From assembly GCA_964553015.1 (NCBI GenBank), contig CAZKJE010000001.1:6110-70109 (forward strand): a stretch of DNA of 64,000 nucleotides, read 5' to 3'. The notes under the pieces are model-generated. The model was not told the DNA's origin. It searched no databases and saw nothing but the letters and a program-made list of their open reading frames with translations. This DNA is from an uncultured Candidatus Saccharibacteria bacterium. GTDB taxonomy: Bacteria; Patescibacteriota; Minisyncoccia; Phycocordibacterales; UBA9973. Shown one piece after another: positions 44,598 through 53,045 of this stretch (position 1 is its first letter; each line of letters starts with the position of its first letter). Both the position numbers and the translations under genes were made by a program.

Positions 44598-46574
44598 TTA
44601 CTGCTTAGGCTTATCGGGAGCTGGTTCCACTGCAGGTGCAGATAATTTGTTTTTTATAGAATTTACGTATTCAATTATATCTTTATTGTTCGGCATAAGG
44701 GCCAGAGCTTCTTTTGCATAAATTAAAGCTTCTTCTCCTTTTCCGTCGGCATATAAAGAATTTGCTATAGCAATTTTTAAGCCTGGGTTAAGCGGATTTA
44801 AATTGGAAGCATTTTGATACGCTAAAACGGCTTGGCTGTAGGCATCTTTAGTTCCGAGAGCTCCCACAGCCTGATACACAGAACCCAGTAGTTGGAAATT
44901 AAGGTAATTGGACGGATTATAAGAAACAGCCAATTGCGCGCTTTTTACGACTTGATCAAAGCTGGTCTGCAAATTTGCTTTTTCTTCGTCGGATAAATTG
45001 GAGCCCTTAGCAGCTATGGAATTTAATTCAAGAAGATATATCTGTGAATAAGTTCTTAAATATAAATCATTGGAGTACAGAGAAAGCGCTTTGCCTATAT
45101 TTTCTTGCGCCAGAGGAATAGTCTGTGCGGAGAGAGCCTTGCCGAAATATGAAATAGAAACAAAACGTTCCGTAAACTTAAAGGAAGCGGTGATAGAAGT
45201 GATGATTAAAAGAATCAGAACTAAAATGGAGAAAAAACTTTTTCGGTGGTCATTTAAGAACGAAATTGATAATTCCTTGCCGGAGTTTGAAACCGCTAGC
45301 CCAGCAAACACCCCCATAAATGCAAAAGCCAATAAAAAGATTACAACTCCGGTAGCGTAAAAGAACGAAGCGATAATCAAATAGAGCGATAACACGAAAA
45401 ATGCCATCATTTCCCAGTTGGCTCCATTTTTTATGCTAGAAAATACGGATTTAACTCCAGCTATCAGGAAGAGAACCAAGAAAACAAGCCAGGATAGGAT
45501 TCCTAAACCACCCGTAGTAGATAAAAGCGTGGGCAGTGCACCGAAACTAGAATCAAAAGAAACATCCCAAAATTGAGTATTGTTTATGACGGCAGGTTTG
45601 TAAAGAGACCAAGCTTCGCTGAATCTGTTTGGGCCGATTCCTAATAGAGGATGCTTCAAGAGGACACCTTTGGTTACAGCAAAAGTAGCGCTAATAGAGG
45701 GGCCAACTTCGGTATTAGAAATTTGCAGACGATCAGGAATGAAACTGCCGATAAATTGGCCGGAGATAAAGAAGAGCAAGGATATCATCACCACCACAAA
45801 AGAAATCGTCGGAAAAGGCTTCTTTTCAGCTTGCTCCCCTTCGCTTCTTTGCAGAGTAATTGAAACTTTATAAACAAAAATAATAAGACCGGAAATGCCA
45901 AGCAAAATCCAAACCAATGTAAAGTTTACGGAAGCTATGACAAACATCGAAAGCAAGATTAGTATTTGCAGGAAAACCTTTTCAAATTTTGAAATCGGGA
46001 AAAATTCTATAACTAATAGGAACATCAGGGCCGAAAATCCGGCAAATAGGCCTAGCGCATTCCAAGAACCGAGGACGTTCCCTGTTTTACCTGACAAAAT
46101 ACCCAACGAAAGAGTCTCGGGGAAAAAGAGATGGACAGTTTGAAAAATTAAAACTAAAGCGGAGGATAATATCGTTCCAAGCAGGAAAATTTTTGCTTGT
46201 TTGGTGTTTTTAAAAATAATGGAAGACATGAGCATCAAAACAAAAGCGGCAAAAATAAACCAGAAGCTGCCGACATCAAACATTGTCCCGAATAAAGACA
46301 CTTGCGGAGTTGAAGACAAAAGAGAAGAAAGTAAAAATATCAGAGAAATGCCCGCGCCGGAAAGTATTATCCAAGATTTTGGCAAGATAATATTTCCGTC
46401 CAAGAATTTGGCGATAGCCCAGAAAACTATACTGATGGCAAGCCCTAAAACCAAGAGCAGACCTTTGGAAGCCTCAACCGGAATGTTTGTAAAAGGAAGA
46501 GCAAAAAGAGGCAGCAACACTACTACTAAAAATAATGCTAAAAATGAAAGCTTATCAAATATGTTTGAATTCAT
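44598..46574 (-). CDS. Multi-TM O-antigen-ligase-like protein with C-terminal TPR
   Basis: Many TM segments, HPLLGIGP..F, TTGGLG, terminal ALALMPNN TPR-like helices. Confidence 0.65.
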   Translation of the reverse strand: MNSNIFDKLSFLALFLVVVLLPLFALPFTNIPVEASKGLLLVLGLAISIVFWAIAKFLDGNIILPKSWIILSGAGISLIFLLSSLLSSTPQVSLFGTMFDVGSFWFIFAAFVLMLMSSIIFKNTKQAKIFLLGTILSSALVLIFQTVHLFFPETLSLGILSGKTGNVLGSWNALGLFAGFSALMFLLVIEFFPISKFEKVFLQILILLSMFVIASVNFTLVWILLGISGLIIFVYKVSITLQRSEGEQAEKKPFPTISFVVVMISLLFFISGQFIGSFIPDRLQISNTEVGPSISATFAVTKGVLLKHPLLGIGPNRFSEAWSLYKPAVINNTQFWDVSFDSSFGALPTLLSTTGGLGILSWLVFLVLFLIAGVKSVFSSIKNGANWEMMAFFVLSLYLIIASFFYATGVVIFLLAFAFMGVFAGLAVSNSGKELSISFLNDHRKSFFSILVLILLIITSITASFKFTERFVSISYFGKALSAQTIPLAQENIGKALSLYSNDLYLRTYSQIYLLELNSIAAKGSNLSDEEKANLQTSFDQVVKSAQLAVSYNPSNYLNFQLLGSVYQAVGALGTKDAYSQAVLAYQNASNLNPLNPGLKIAIANSLYADGKGEEALIYAKEALALMPNNKDIIEYVNSIKNKLSAPAVEPAPDKPKQ

Positions 46575-46620
46575 ATGACCCTATTATACTATGGGCTGTT
46601 AAAAAAATACAATAAAAAGA

Positions 46621-49392
46621 CTATAAAACTATGTTGATAAGTCGGTTTTTGACATAGATAACTTTTTTAATAGGCGAATTTTTTATATGCCTTTCTATAG
46701 TTTCATCTGCGAGAGCCTGATTCTTAATGTTTTCCTCTGTGTCCTCTGTGCTTATCATAAGTTCGGCGCGCACTTTTCCATTTATCTGCACAGCTATTTT
46801 CATTTCTTCATCAGTAATTTTATCGGCATCCCATTTCGGCCAACTGGAAAGATTTATAGACTTTTTCTCTCCGAGCATGCTCCATAATTCTTCTGCGATA
46901 TGTGGTGCAAACGGAGCCAGAATCTGCAGAAATTTTTTATAATCTTCTTTACTAATTTCGCCCTTATCCATTTCATTTACGAGGACCATCATGGAAGATA
47001 CAGCCGTATTAAATCGCATGTCTTCTATGTCTTCCGAAACTTTTTTGATCGTTTTATGTAGAAGTTTCTGAGGTTTTGGCACAGAAAAATTTGAACCGTG
47101 TCCTGACCCACTTCCAGCTAAAGCGGGCGAATTTTTCTGCTGCGAAAATTTTATCCCTATTCTCCAAACTTTTTCCAAAAATCTCCTAGGGCCTATCATG
47201 CTATTTGTACTCCAAGATACTGATTGGTCAAAAGGCCCCATAAACATTTCGTACAGGCGAAGCGTGTCTGCGCCGTAGGTTTTTATTAAATCATCCGGAT
47301 TTACTACGTTGCCTTTGGATTTAGACATCTTCTCTCCCTCTTCCGCTAAAATAAGCCCGTGCGAGGTGCGTTTCATGTATGGTTCGCTGGTCGGTACTAA
47401 TTTCAAATCATATAAAAACTTATGCCAGAAACGCGAATACAGCAAATGGAGCGTCGTGTGCTCCATGCCCCCGTTGTACCAGTCAACGGGCGTCCAATAT
47501 TTTAAATTTTTTTTGCTGGCAAATTCTTTATTATTTTTTGGGTCAGTATATCGCAAGTAATACCAGCTCGAGCCAGCCCAATTCGGCATAGTATCCGTTT
47601 CTCTTTTGGCCCTCCCCTTACACTTCGGACATTTTACATTTACCCACGACTTTATATCGGCAAGCGGACTCTCTCCATTGTCTGTAGGTTTATATTTTGC
47701 CACCTTCGGCAGAACTACCGGCAAATCTTTTTCGGGCACCGGCACCCAAGTATTTGAGCAAGGACTCCCCTTGCTCATGCAATAGATTAGGGGTATAGGT
47801 TCGCCCCAATAACGCTGGCGGGAAAAAATCCAATCGCGAAGCTTGAAAGTGGTTTTTTCTTTTCCGCCGACAAATTTTATGATTTCTTTCCTAGCGATTT
47901 GCGAATCCAGACCGTCAAATTTGCCCGAATTGATTAGTATTCCGTCTCCCGAATAAACTTCTTGCCCATTTATTAACTCAAGGGCACGACGATGAGAATC
48001 CGCAGTCAAGTTTTTCTTGAGTTCATCTTTTGTAAGCCAAATTACATCATGAATTTCTTTTTCTTCCTCTGTAATATTTTCACATTTATTATCCTGTAAC
48101 TCAAAAACCATAGTATGCGAATGCGCGTAGCGATTGACCCCCTTTGGAACATGGTAAAACTTACCATGTAATCGTCCTAAATTAGAAATTAACTTTAAAT
48201 TTATATATCCTGTTTCTTCTTTGATTTCCATCCGTGCAGCTTCTTCAGGTGTTTGATTTTTCTCAATGCCTCCCGTAATAAATGTCGTCCAAGCTACTTT
48301 TTTCCAACGCAATGCTATATATTTTTCTTCAGACCAGTGCTTAACAATAGCAATAATTGCATCTCTGTGTTCAATGGGCAGATCTTCCCTTATTTTCCCA
48401 GGTTCTGTGGTCTGAAAAAAAGACGGCTCAATCACTTGTCTTATCGGCAAATTATATTTTTTAGCAAATTCAAAATCGCGCTCATCGTGCGCAGGCACGG
48501 CCATTATCGCTCCGGTGCCGATTTCTGACATAACATATTCCGCTTCCCAAACAGGGATTTTTTCTTTGGTTGCCGGATTAGTGACATATCGGCCGGTGAA
48601 TTTATCTTTCTCTCCGGCAATGGCGACAAAAGTGGCACCAAAAATCGTATCCGGCCTAGTAGTAAAAATATCTATACTGCCTTCTTCTCCTGCAAATTTA
48701 ATCACTGCCCCATTTTTCTTCCCTATCCAATTCCTCTGCTGAATTTTTATTTTTTCTAAATAGTTAACTGTATCTAAATCCTTATCCAGCCGCTCTGCAT
48801 ACTTTGTAATTGCCAGCATCCACTGCTCTTTTTCTCGCTTTTCTGTGGGGTTACCGCAGCGTTCGCACATGCCATCTATCACTTCTTCGTTGGCTAGGCC
48901 GATTTTGTCTACTGGACACCAGTTTATTTCAGTTTTGCTTTTATAAGCCAGACCTTTTTTATAAAATTGTAAAAATATCCATTGCGTCCATTTGTAATAT
49001 TTTGGATCGGTAGTATTTATTTCTCGCGACCAGTCAAAAGAAAAACCGAGAGCCTTGAGTTGTCGTCTAAACGTGTCAGTGTTTGTTTTAGTAACTTTTG
49101 TCGGATGAATGCCAGTCTTGATGGCATAGTTTTCCGTTGGTAATCCGAAGGCATCCCAGCCTATCGGATAAAGCACATTGTACCCTTCCATCCGGCGTTT
49201 GCGGGAAATGATGTCCATCGCAGTATTGGAGCGTATATGCCCCACATGAAGCCCCGAACCGGACGGATAAGGGAATTCTATCAAGCTATAAAATTTCGGC
49301 TTTTTAGAATTATCTTTTACTTGATAGATTTTATTTTTCTCCCATTCTTTCTGCCATTTTTTTTCGATTTTTAAATGGTTATATTCTGTCAT
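46621..49392 (-). CDS. leuS: Leucine--tRNA ligase with an inserted Nudix domain
   Basis: FPYPSG.GLHVGH, GWDAFGLP.EN, SRQRYWGEP, KMSKS; Nudix box GGIEKNQTPEEAARMEIKEETGY. Confidence 0.95.
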   Translation of the reverse strand: MTEYNHLKIEKKWQKEWEKNKIYQVKDNSKKPKFYSLIEFPYPSGSGLHVGHIRSNTAMDIISRKRRMEGYNVLYPIGWDAFGLPTENYAIKTGIHPTKVTKTNTDTFRRQLKALGFSFDWSREINTTDPKYYKWTQWIFLQFYKKGLAYKSKTEINWCPVDKIGLANEEVIDGMCERCGNPTEKREKEQWMLAITKYAERLDKDLDTVNYLEKIKIQQRNWIGKKNGAVIKFAGEEGSIDIFTTRPDTIFGATFVAIAGEKDKFTGRYVTNPATKEKIPVWEAEYVMSEIGTGAIMAVPAHDERDFEFAKKYNLPIRQVIEPSFFQTTEPGKIREDLPIEHRDAIIAIVKHWSEEKYIALRWKKVAWTTFITGGIEKNQTPEEAARMEIKEETGYINLKLISNLGRLHGKFYHVPKGVNRYAHSHTMVFELQDNKCENITEEEKEIHDVIWLTKDELKKNLTADSHRRALELINGQEVYSGDGILINSGKFDGLDSQIARKEIIKFVGGKEKTTFKLRDWIFSRQRYWGEPIPLIYCMSKGSPCSNTWVPVPEKDLPVVLPKVAKYKPTDNGESPLADIKSWVNVKCPKCKGRAKRETDTMPNWAGSSWYYLRYTDPKNNKEFASKKNLKYWTPVDWYNGGMEHTTLHLLYSRFWHKFLYDLKLVPTSEPYMKRTSHGLILAEEGEKMSKSKGNVVNPDDLIKTYGADTLRLYEMFMGPFDQSVSWSTNSMIGPRRFLEKVWRIGIKFSQQKNSPALAGSGSGHGSNFSVPKPQKLLHKTIKKVSEDIEDMRFNTAVSSMMVLVNEMDKGEISKEDYKKFLQILAPFAPHIAEELWSMLGEKKSINLSSWPKWDADKITDEEMKIAVQINGKVRAELMISTEDTEENIKNQALADETIERHIKNSPIKKVIYVKNRLINIVL
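47079..47143. repeat. Intragenic element with inverted ends in leuS
   Basis: GCACAGAAAAATTTG...CGAATTTTTCTGCTGC; encodes QQKNSPALAGSGSGHGSNFSV. Confidence 0.65.
47755..47777. repeat. Intragenic palindrome (AAGG-N5-CCTT family) in leuS
   Basis: TGAGCAAGG-ACTCC-CCTTGCTCA perfect 9-bp stem; encodes MSKGSPCS. Confidence 0.72.
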
Positions 49393-49394
49393 TG

Positions 49395-50423
49395 TTATCT
49401 TACTGGTTTTGGGAACGGCGGGTATAGATCTTTATCTATAGTGCGAAGAAAACAAGTTCGTCCGGCTTCATGGCTCCACGATTCATTTGTGCCGCCGCCC
49501 GGATACGGGTAAGACACAGCCGCGTCTTTCTCGTAATACGGCATCATAGGAGGTATCCCTCCTCCGTAACTGTACTCCCTCCAGCCTTTCGGTATGGGTT
49601 GAGAAAAGGTAGCGCAAAGTTCAAACTGAAGAGAACCTTTCACTGCATACTCGTATGTTTTTCCTTTTTCAAATTCAGGTTCTACGGGCAAGGACCATCC
49701 GGAAATCGGGTCCGCCAGCTCGCTTAATGTTGCCGGTAATTTTTCTTTCTGCTGCCAGAAGTTAATTACCTGATATTGGATAGTCTGCAAATCATTTACT
49801 CTCCTGTCGTCTAAACGGAGAGATCTCTGCTTCATAGGACTGCCGAGAATAGCAAAACTGTAACTGACGGCCGTTATCACAATGACAATTCCCACGCCTC
49901 CCAAAATCATGCCGAGTTTTGATTGTGTTTCTTCTTTGGCTTTAAGATTACGTACATAGTAAAAACCTACAAGTCCGGCCACTATTAATACAGTTATAAC
50001 TTTATAAATAAATCTTGAAGTTATTTCTCCGGAAATAAAATACCTGACAAGCGTAACGAGATCGCCAGCGATAACAAGAGAAGAAAGAAAAAGAATAATA
50101 TATATCACCCATTTTTTAAACATCTCGTCGATCTGCCCCAAATACATCTTTGAAAATTTATTCCAAAAATAAGATATTGTGAGGAATATCGGAAAAACTA
50201 TTATGAGGGTTGCGAGCGCCGTGCGGATACCTTCATATTCGTACGTAGAATATCCGTATTGATAACTGGAATTTAAAACATCGGGAAAACGCTTGTTCAA
50301 TGTTTCAAAAACAAGATTTAGAAAAGATACGACCGAAGTTATTAAGGTTATTAATACCCCCAGACACAAGAAAAAGAACCCGACATTAAACTTTGAACTT
50401 ATAACGTTTGTTTGTGTTTCCAT
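49395..50423 (-). CDS. Conserved hypothetical membrane protein (DUF5671-like)
   Basis: Multi-TM N-terminus, GSP..QR..RLD..RV.DL, FELCA.F, W.H.AG..CF. Confidence 0.7.
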   Translation of the reverse strand: METQTNVISSKFNVGFFFLCLGVLITLITSVVSFLNLVFETLNKRFPDVLNSSYQYGYSTYEYEGIRTALATLIIVFPIFLTISYFWNKFSKMYLGQIDEMFKKWVIYIILFLSSLVIAGDLVTLVRYFISGEITSRFIYKVITVLIVAGLVGFYYVRNLKAKEETQSKLGMILGGVGIVIVITAVSYSFAILGSPMKQRSLRLDDRRVNDLQTIQYQVINFWQQKEKLPATLSELADPISGWSLPVEPEFEKGKTYEYAVKGSLQFELCATFSQPIPKGWREYSYGGGIPPMMPYYEKDAAVSYPYPGGGTNESWSHEAGRTCFLRTIDKDLYPPFPKPVR

Positions 50424-50468
50424 GTCTATTATTATATCATATGTAAATTAGGCAACAATAGAGAATAT

Positions 50469-50849
50469 ATGCGGAAAAAATTCGAGAATTTTTCAAAAAA
50501 ATTGACTCGCTGGATTGGTTCGCCCCAGTCTATATTGGTGCACACTCTTTTTTTTGCGGGAATGTTAGGCCTGCGGTTATTTGGCATATCCTCTTCGGAT
50601 GTTCTGCTAATTTTAACAACTGTTGTATCCCTTGAAGCGATATATTTATCAATTTTTATACAAATGACGGTAAATCAGCATGCGCAGGAGCTGGAAGAAG
50701 TTTCTGAAGACATTGGAGAAATTCAGGAAGACGTGGAAGAAATTCAGGAGAACGTCGACGAGATTCAGGAAGACGTTGAGGATATTCAGGAAGAAATTCA
50801 GGATGAAGAAAATGGGCCGGTGCTGCCGGAACAAAATAAATCTATTTAA
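50469..50849 (+). CDS. DUF1003-like membrane protein with acidic heptad repeats
   Basis: TRWIGS, LTTVVSLEAIYLSIFIQM.VN; start re-called at MRKK. Confidence 0.75.
   Translation: MRKKFENFSKKLTRWIGSPQSILVHTLFFAGMLGLRLFGISSSDVLLILTTVVSLEAIYLSIFIQMTVNQHAQELEEVSEDIGEIQEDVEEIQENVDEIQEDVEDIQEEIQDEENGPVLPEQNKSI
50718..50804 (+). repeat. 21-bp coding tandem repeat (EIQEDVE)
   Basis: GAAATTCAGGAAGACGTGGAA and variants, about 4 units. Confidence 0.8.
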
Positions 50850-51777
50850 CAGAGTGCCAAATAGCTGTATTAGCAAGCGGAATGATGCGACTGTTTGATC
50901 TTTCTAGAACGCAAAGCTCTCCCTGTTCTGTTTTTCCCTCAAAACTTTTCATCATATCTTCTAGCGCGTAGCCGAGAGATAGTGACGAAGAATCTATCGC
51001 GTACGAAGTTATAATTACAAAAAGCGGCTTATCAGAGAGAACTTTTTTTACTTGTGCAAGAAGTTTCGGGAGCATTTCTTCTATTTTCCAGACTTCGCCT
51101 TTTGGCCCCCTGCCAAATTTCGGCGGGTCCATGATAATCGCATCATATTTATTTCCCCTCTTTTCTTCCCTTTCTAAAAACTTTATAACGTCATCTTCTA
51201 TAACCCTCATAGGTGCAGGAGCAAGCTCAGCGTTTAATTGTTGGTTTTCCTTGGCCCAGTTCAAAGTCTGTTTTGAGGCATCTACGTGCGTCACTTCCGC
51301 GCCGGCCCGCAAAGCAAACAAACTTGCTACTCCGGTATAGCCAAATAAGTTTAAAAATTTCACTTGTCCGCCTCTGGCGGATTTTGCTTTTTTTATTTCA
51401 TTTTCTATAAAATCCCAGTGGCTCGCCTGCTCTGGGAAAAATCCCAAATGCCGAAAAGGCGTCGGGGTCGCCAAAAATTTAATGTCCCTATATTCCATCT
51501 CCCACTTAAAAGGACGGTCCTTAAGAGAGTTTCCCAAAGGACCGTCCTTGGATATAACCCAGCCCTTTTTTGCCCCCTGTTTTGAGCTCCAAAATTTTCC
51601 ATCTGCACTCTTCCACATTTGTTTAACACTCGGTGTTGAACATTTCGGCCAGACAGCATCTTCGTATGGGCGAATAAAAACATATTGCCCGAACCGCTCG
51701 AGCTTCTCTCCTTCGCCGGTATCTAAAAGCTCATAATCTTTCCATTCTTTTGAGTAAAAAAGTTTAATTTCTTTCAT
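50842..51777 (-). CDS. Class I SAM-dependent methyltransferase (RlmI-like C-terminal type)
   Basis: DYELLDTG.GEKLERFG, HLGFFPEQ, LNLFGYTG, HVDAS, DPPKFGRGPKGE. Confidence 0.85.
   Translation of the reverse strand: MKEIKLFYSKEWKDYELLDTGEGEKLERFGQYVFIRPYEDAVWPKCSTPSVKQMWKSADGKFWSSKQGAKKGWVISKDGPLGNSLKDRPFKWEMEYRDIKFLATPTPFRHLGFFPEQASHWDFIENEIKKAKSARGGQVKFLNLFGYTGVASLFALRAGAEVTHVDASKQTLNWAKENQQLNAELAPAPMRVIEDDVIKFLEREEKRGNKYDAIIMDPPKFGRGPKGEVWKIEEMLPKLLAQVKKVLSDKPLFVIITSYAIDSSSLSLGYALEDMMKSFEGKTEQGELCVLERSNSRIIPLANTAIWHSVK
51367..51381. repeat. Intragenic palindrome in the methyltransferase
   Basis: TCCGCC-TCT-GGCGGA; encodes SARGG. Confidence 0.55.
51506..51551. repeat. Intragenic inverted doublet of AAGGAC(G/C)GTCCTT palindromes
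   Basis: TTAAAAGGACGGTCCTTAA ... CCAAAGGACCGTCCTTGG; encodes SKDGPLGNSLKDRPFK. Confidence 0.75.
51620..51642. repeat. Remote copy of the RAYT-associated palindrome, in frame in the methyltransferase
   Basis: Reverse complement TGTTCAACACCGAGTGTTAAACA, 21/23 to the RAYT flanks; encodes CSTPSVKQ. Confidence 0.85.
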
Positions 51778-51778
51778 G

Positions 51779-52597
51779 TTATATCAAAAATTCTATTACG
51801 TCGCCATCTTGCACTATATATTCTTTGCCTTCCGTACGCACCCAACCTTTTTCGCGGGCTTTGGCAAAACTTCCGGCTTCTATGAGTTGCACGTATGAGA
51901 CGACTTCCGCGCGGATAAATTTCTGCTGAAAATCGGTATGGATAGAACGGCCCGCAAAAGGCGCAGTTGCTCCGCGTAAAGTTGTCCAAGCCCGCGATTC
52001 ATCTTCTCCGGTGGTGAAAAAAGTAATCAAGTTTAATAAATCATATCCGGCATTAATTAAATTATCCAAACCCGTTCCAAACACAGGATCTACTTCTATA
52101 AAAGGGCCGGGCAATTTCGCCATAAAATCATTCTTTATATTTTCTGCTGCTTCTGATTTATTTAATACATAAAGTGTCGGCTTTTTTATCCCTGCCTGCT
52201 CCAGTTCAAAATTTATAACTTCAATATCGAACATGGGGTCTACTTTATCATGCACGTGAATGGTATTTGGATCTTCAAAAATTCGCACGACTTCAATGAT
52301 TGCGTCCACCTCGCGTATGTGGGATAGAAATTTATTACCGAGCCCTGCCCCCTCCGAAGCGCCTTTCACGAGTCCGGCAATATCTACAAATTCCACTACC
52401 GCGGGAATAGTTTTTTTAGATTTGGAAATTTCTGAAAGTTTGTTTAGTCTCTCGTCCGGTACAGGCACAATCCCCACCGATGGATCAATGGTACAAAATG
52501 GATAATTCTCCGCCGGCACGCCTTTTTTAGTAAGTGCATTAAAAAGCGTGGACTTTCCCACGTTTGGCAGACCGACGATTCCGATTGACAGCGACAT
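51779..52597 (-). CDS. ychF: Redox-regulated ATPase YchF (shortened)
   Basis: GLPNVGKSTLFNALT, NYPFCTIDP, DIAGLV.GAS.G.GLGN.FL, IHTDF, EGKEYIVQDGD. Confidence 0.93.
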   Translation of the reverse strand: MSLSIGIVGLPNVGKSTLFNALTKKGVPAENYPFCTIDPSVGIVPVPDERLNKLSEISKSKKTIPAVVEFVDIAGLVKGASEGAGLGNKFLSHIREVDAIIEVVRIFEDPNTIHVHDKVDPMFDIEVINFELEQAGIKKPTLYVLNKSEAAENIKNDFMAKLPGPFIEVDPVFGTGLDNLINAGYDLLNLITFFTTGEDESRAWTTLRGATAPFAGRSIHTDFQQKFIRAEVVSYVQLIEAGSFAKAREKGWVRTEGKEYIVQDGDVIEFLI

Positions 52598-52639
52598 ATG
52601 GAAAATATAACAGAAAAAACCTAATTTTCAAAAGAATTT

Positions 52640-53026
52640 CTATTCCTCGAAATTCACTTCAAAACTATACATCCCCATTCCGCACAGGCCATTAAGCGGC
52701 TCACCTGCCTTAGGAGTTCCTATATCTATTTCTGTTTCTCCGGTTTTAGGCAAAATTTTCTGGAACCCAAGAGACCGGATCACCAAGGCGGAAGAACAGT
52801 CAAAGGTGTTGTTTGTATCTACGATAAGCTTCGTAGGAATTCCGGCTTTGGCGGTAGATACCGACGGCGAATATCCGCCTTTGGCATTTATTCTGACATA
52901 CTGAATACCATTTTTTATTTCCACATTCTGAAGGGAGGCAGGCCGACTAGAGCCGTTTCCCCAAAAAATAAAACCAAAAACAAACAGTAGGGCTATGCTT
53001 AATATTATGAGAGCTGTTTTGTTCAT
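52640..53026 (-). CDS. Cupredoxin-like membrane-anchored protein
   Basis: TM, GGYSP, DCSS, CGMGM. Confidence 0.8.
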   Translation of the reverse strand: MNKTALIILSIALLFVFGFIFWGNGSSRPASLQNVEIKNGIQYVRINAKGGYSPSVSTAKAGIPTKLIVDTNNTFDCSSALVIRSLGFQKILPKTGETEIDIGTPKAGEPLNGLCGMGMYSFEVNFEE

Positions 53027-53045
53027 AAAATAATTATATCACAAT

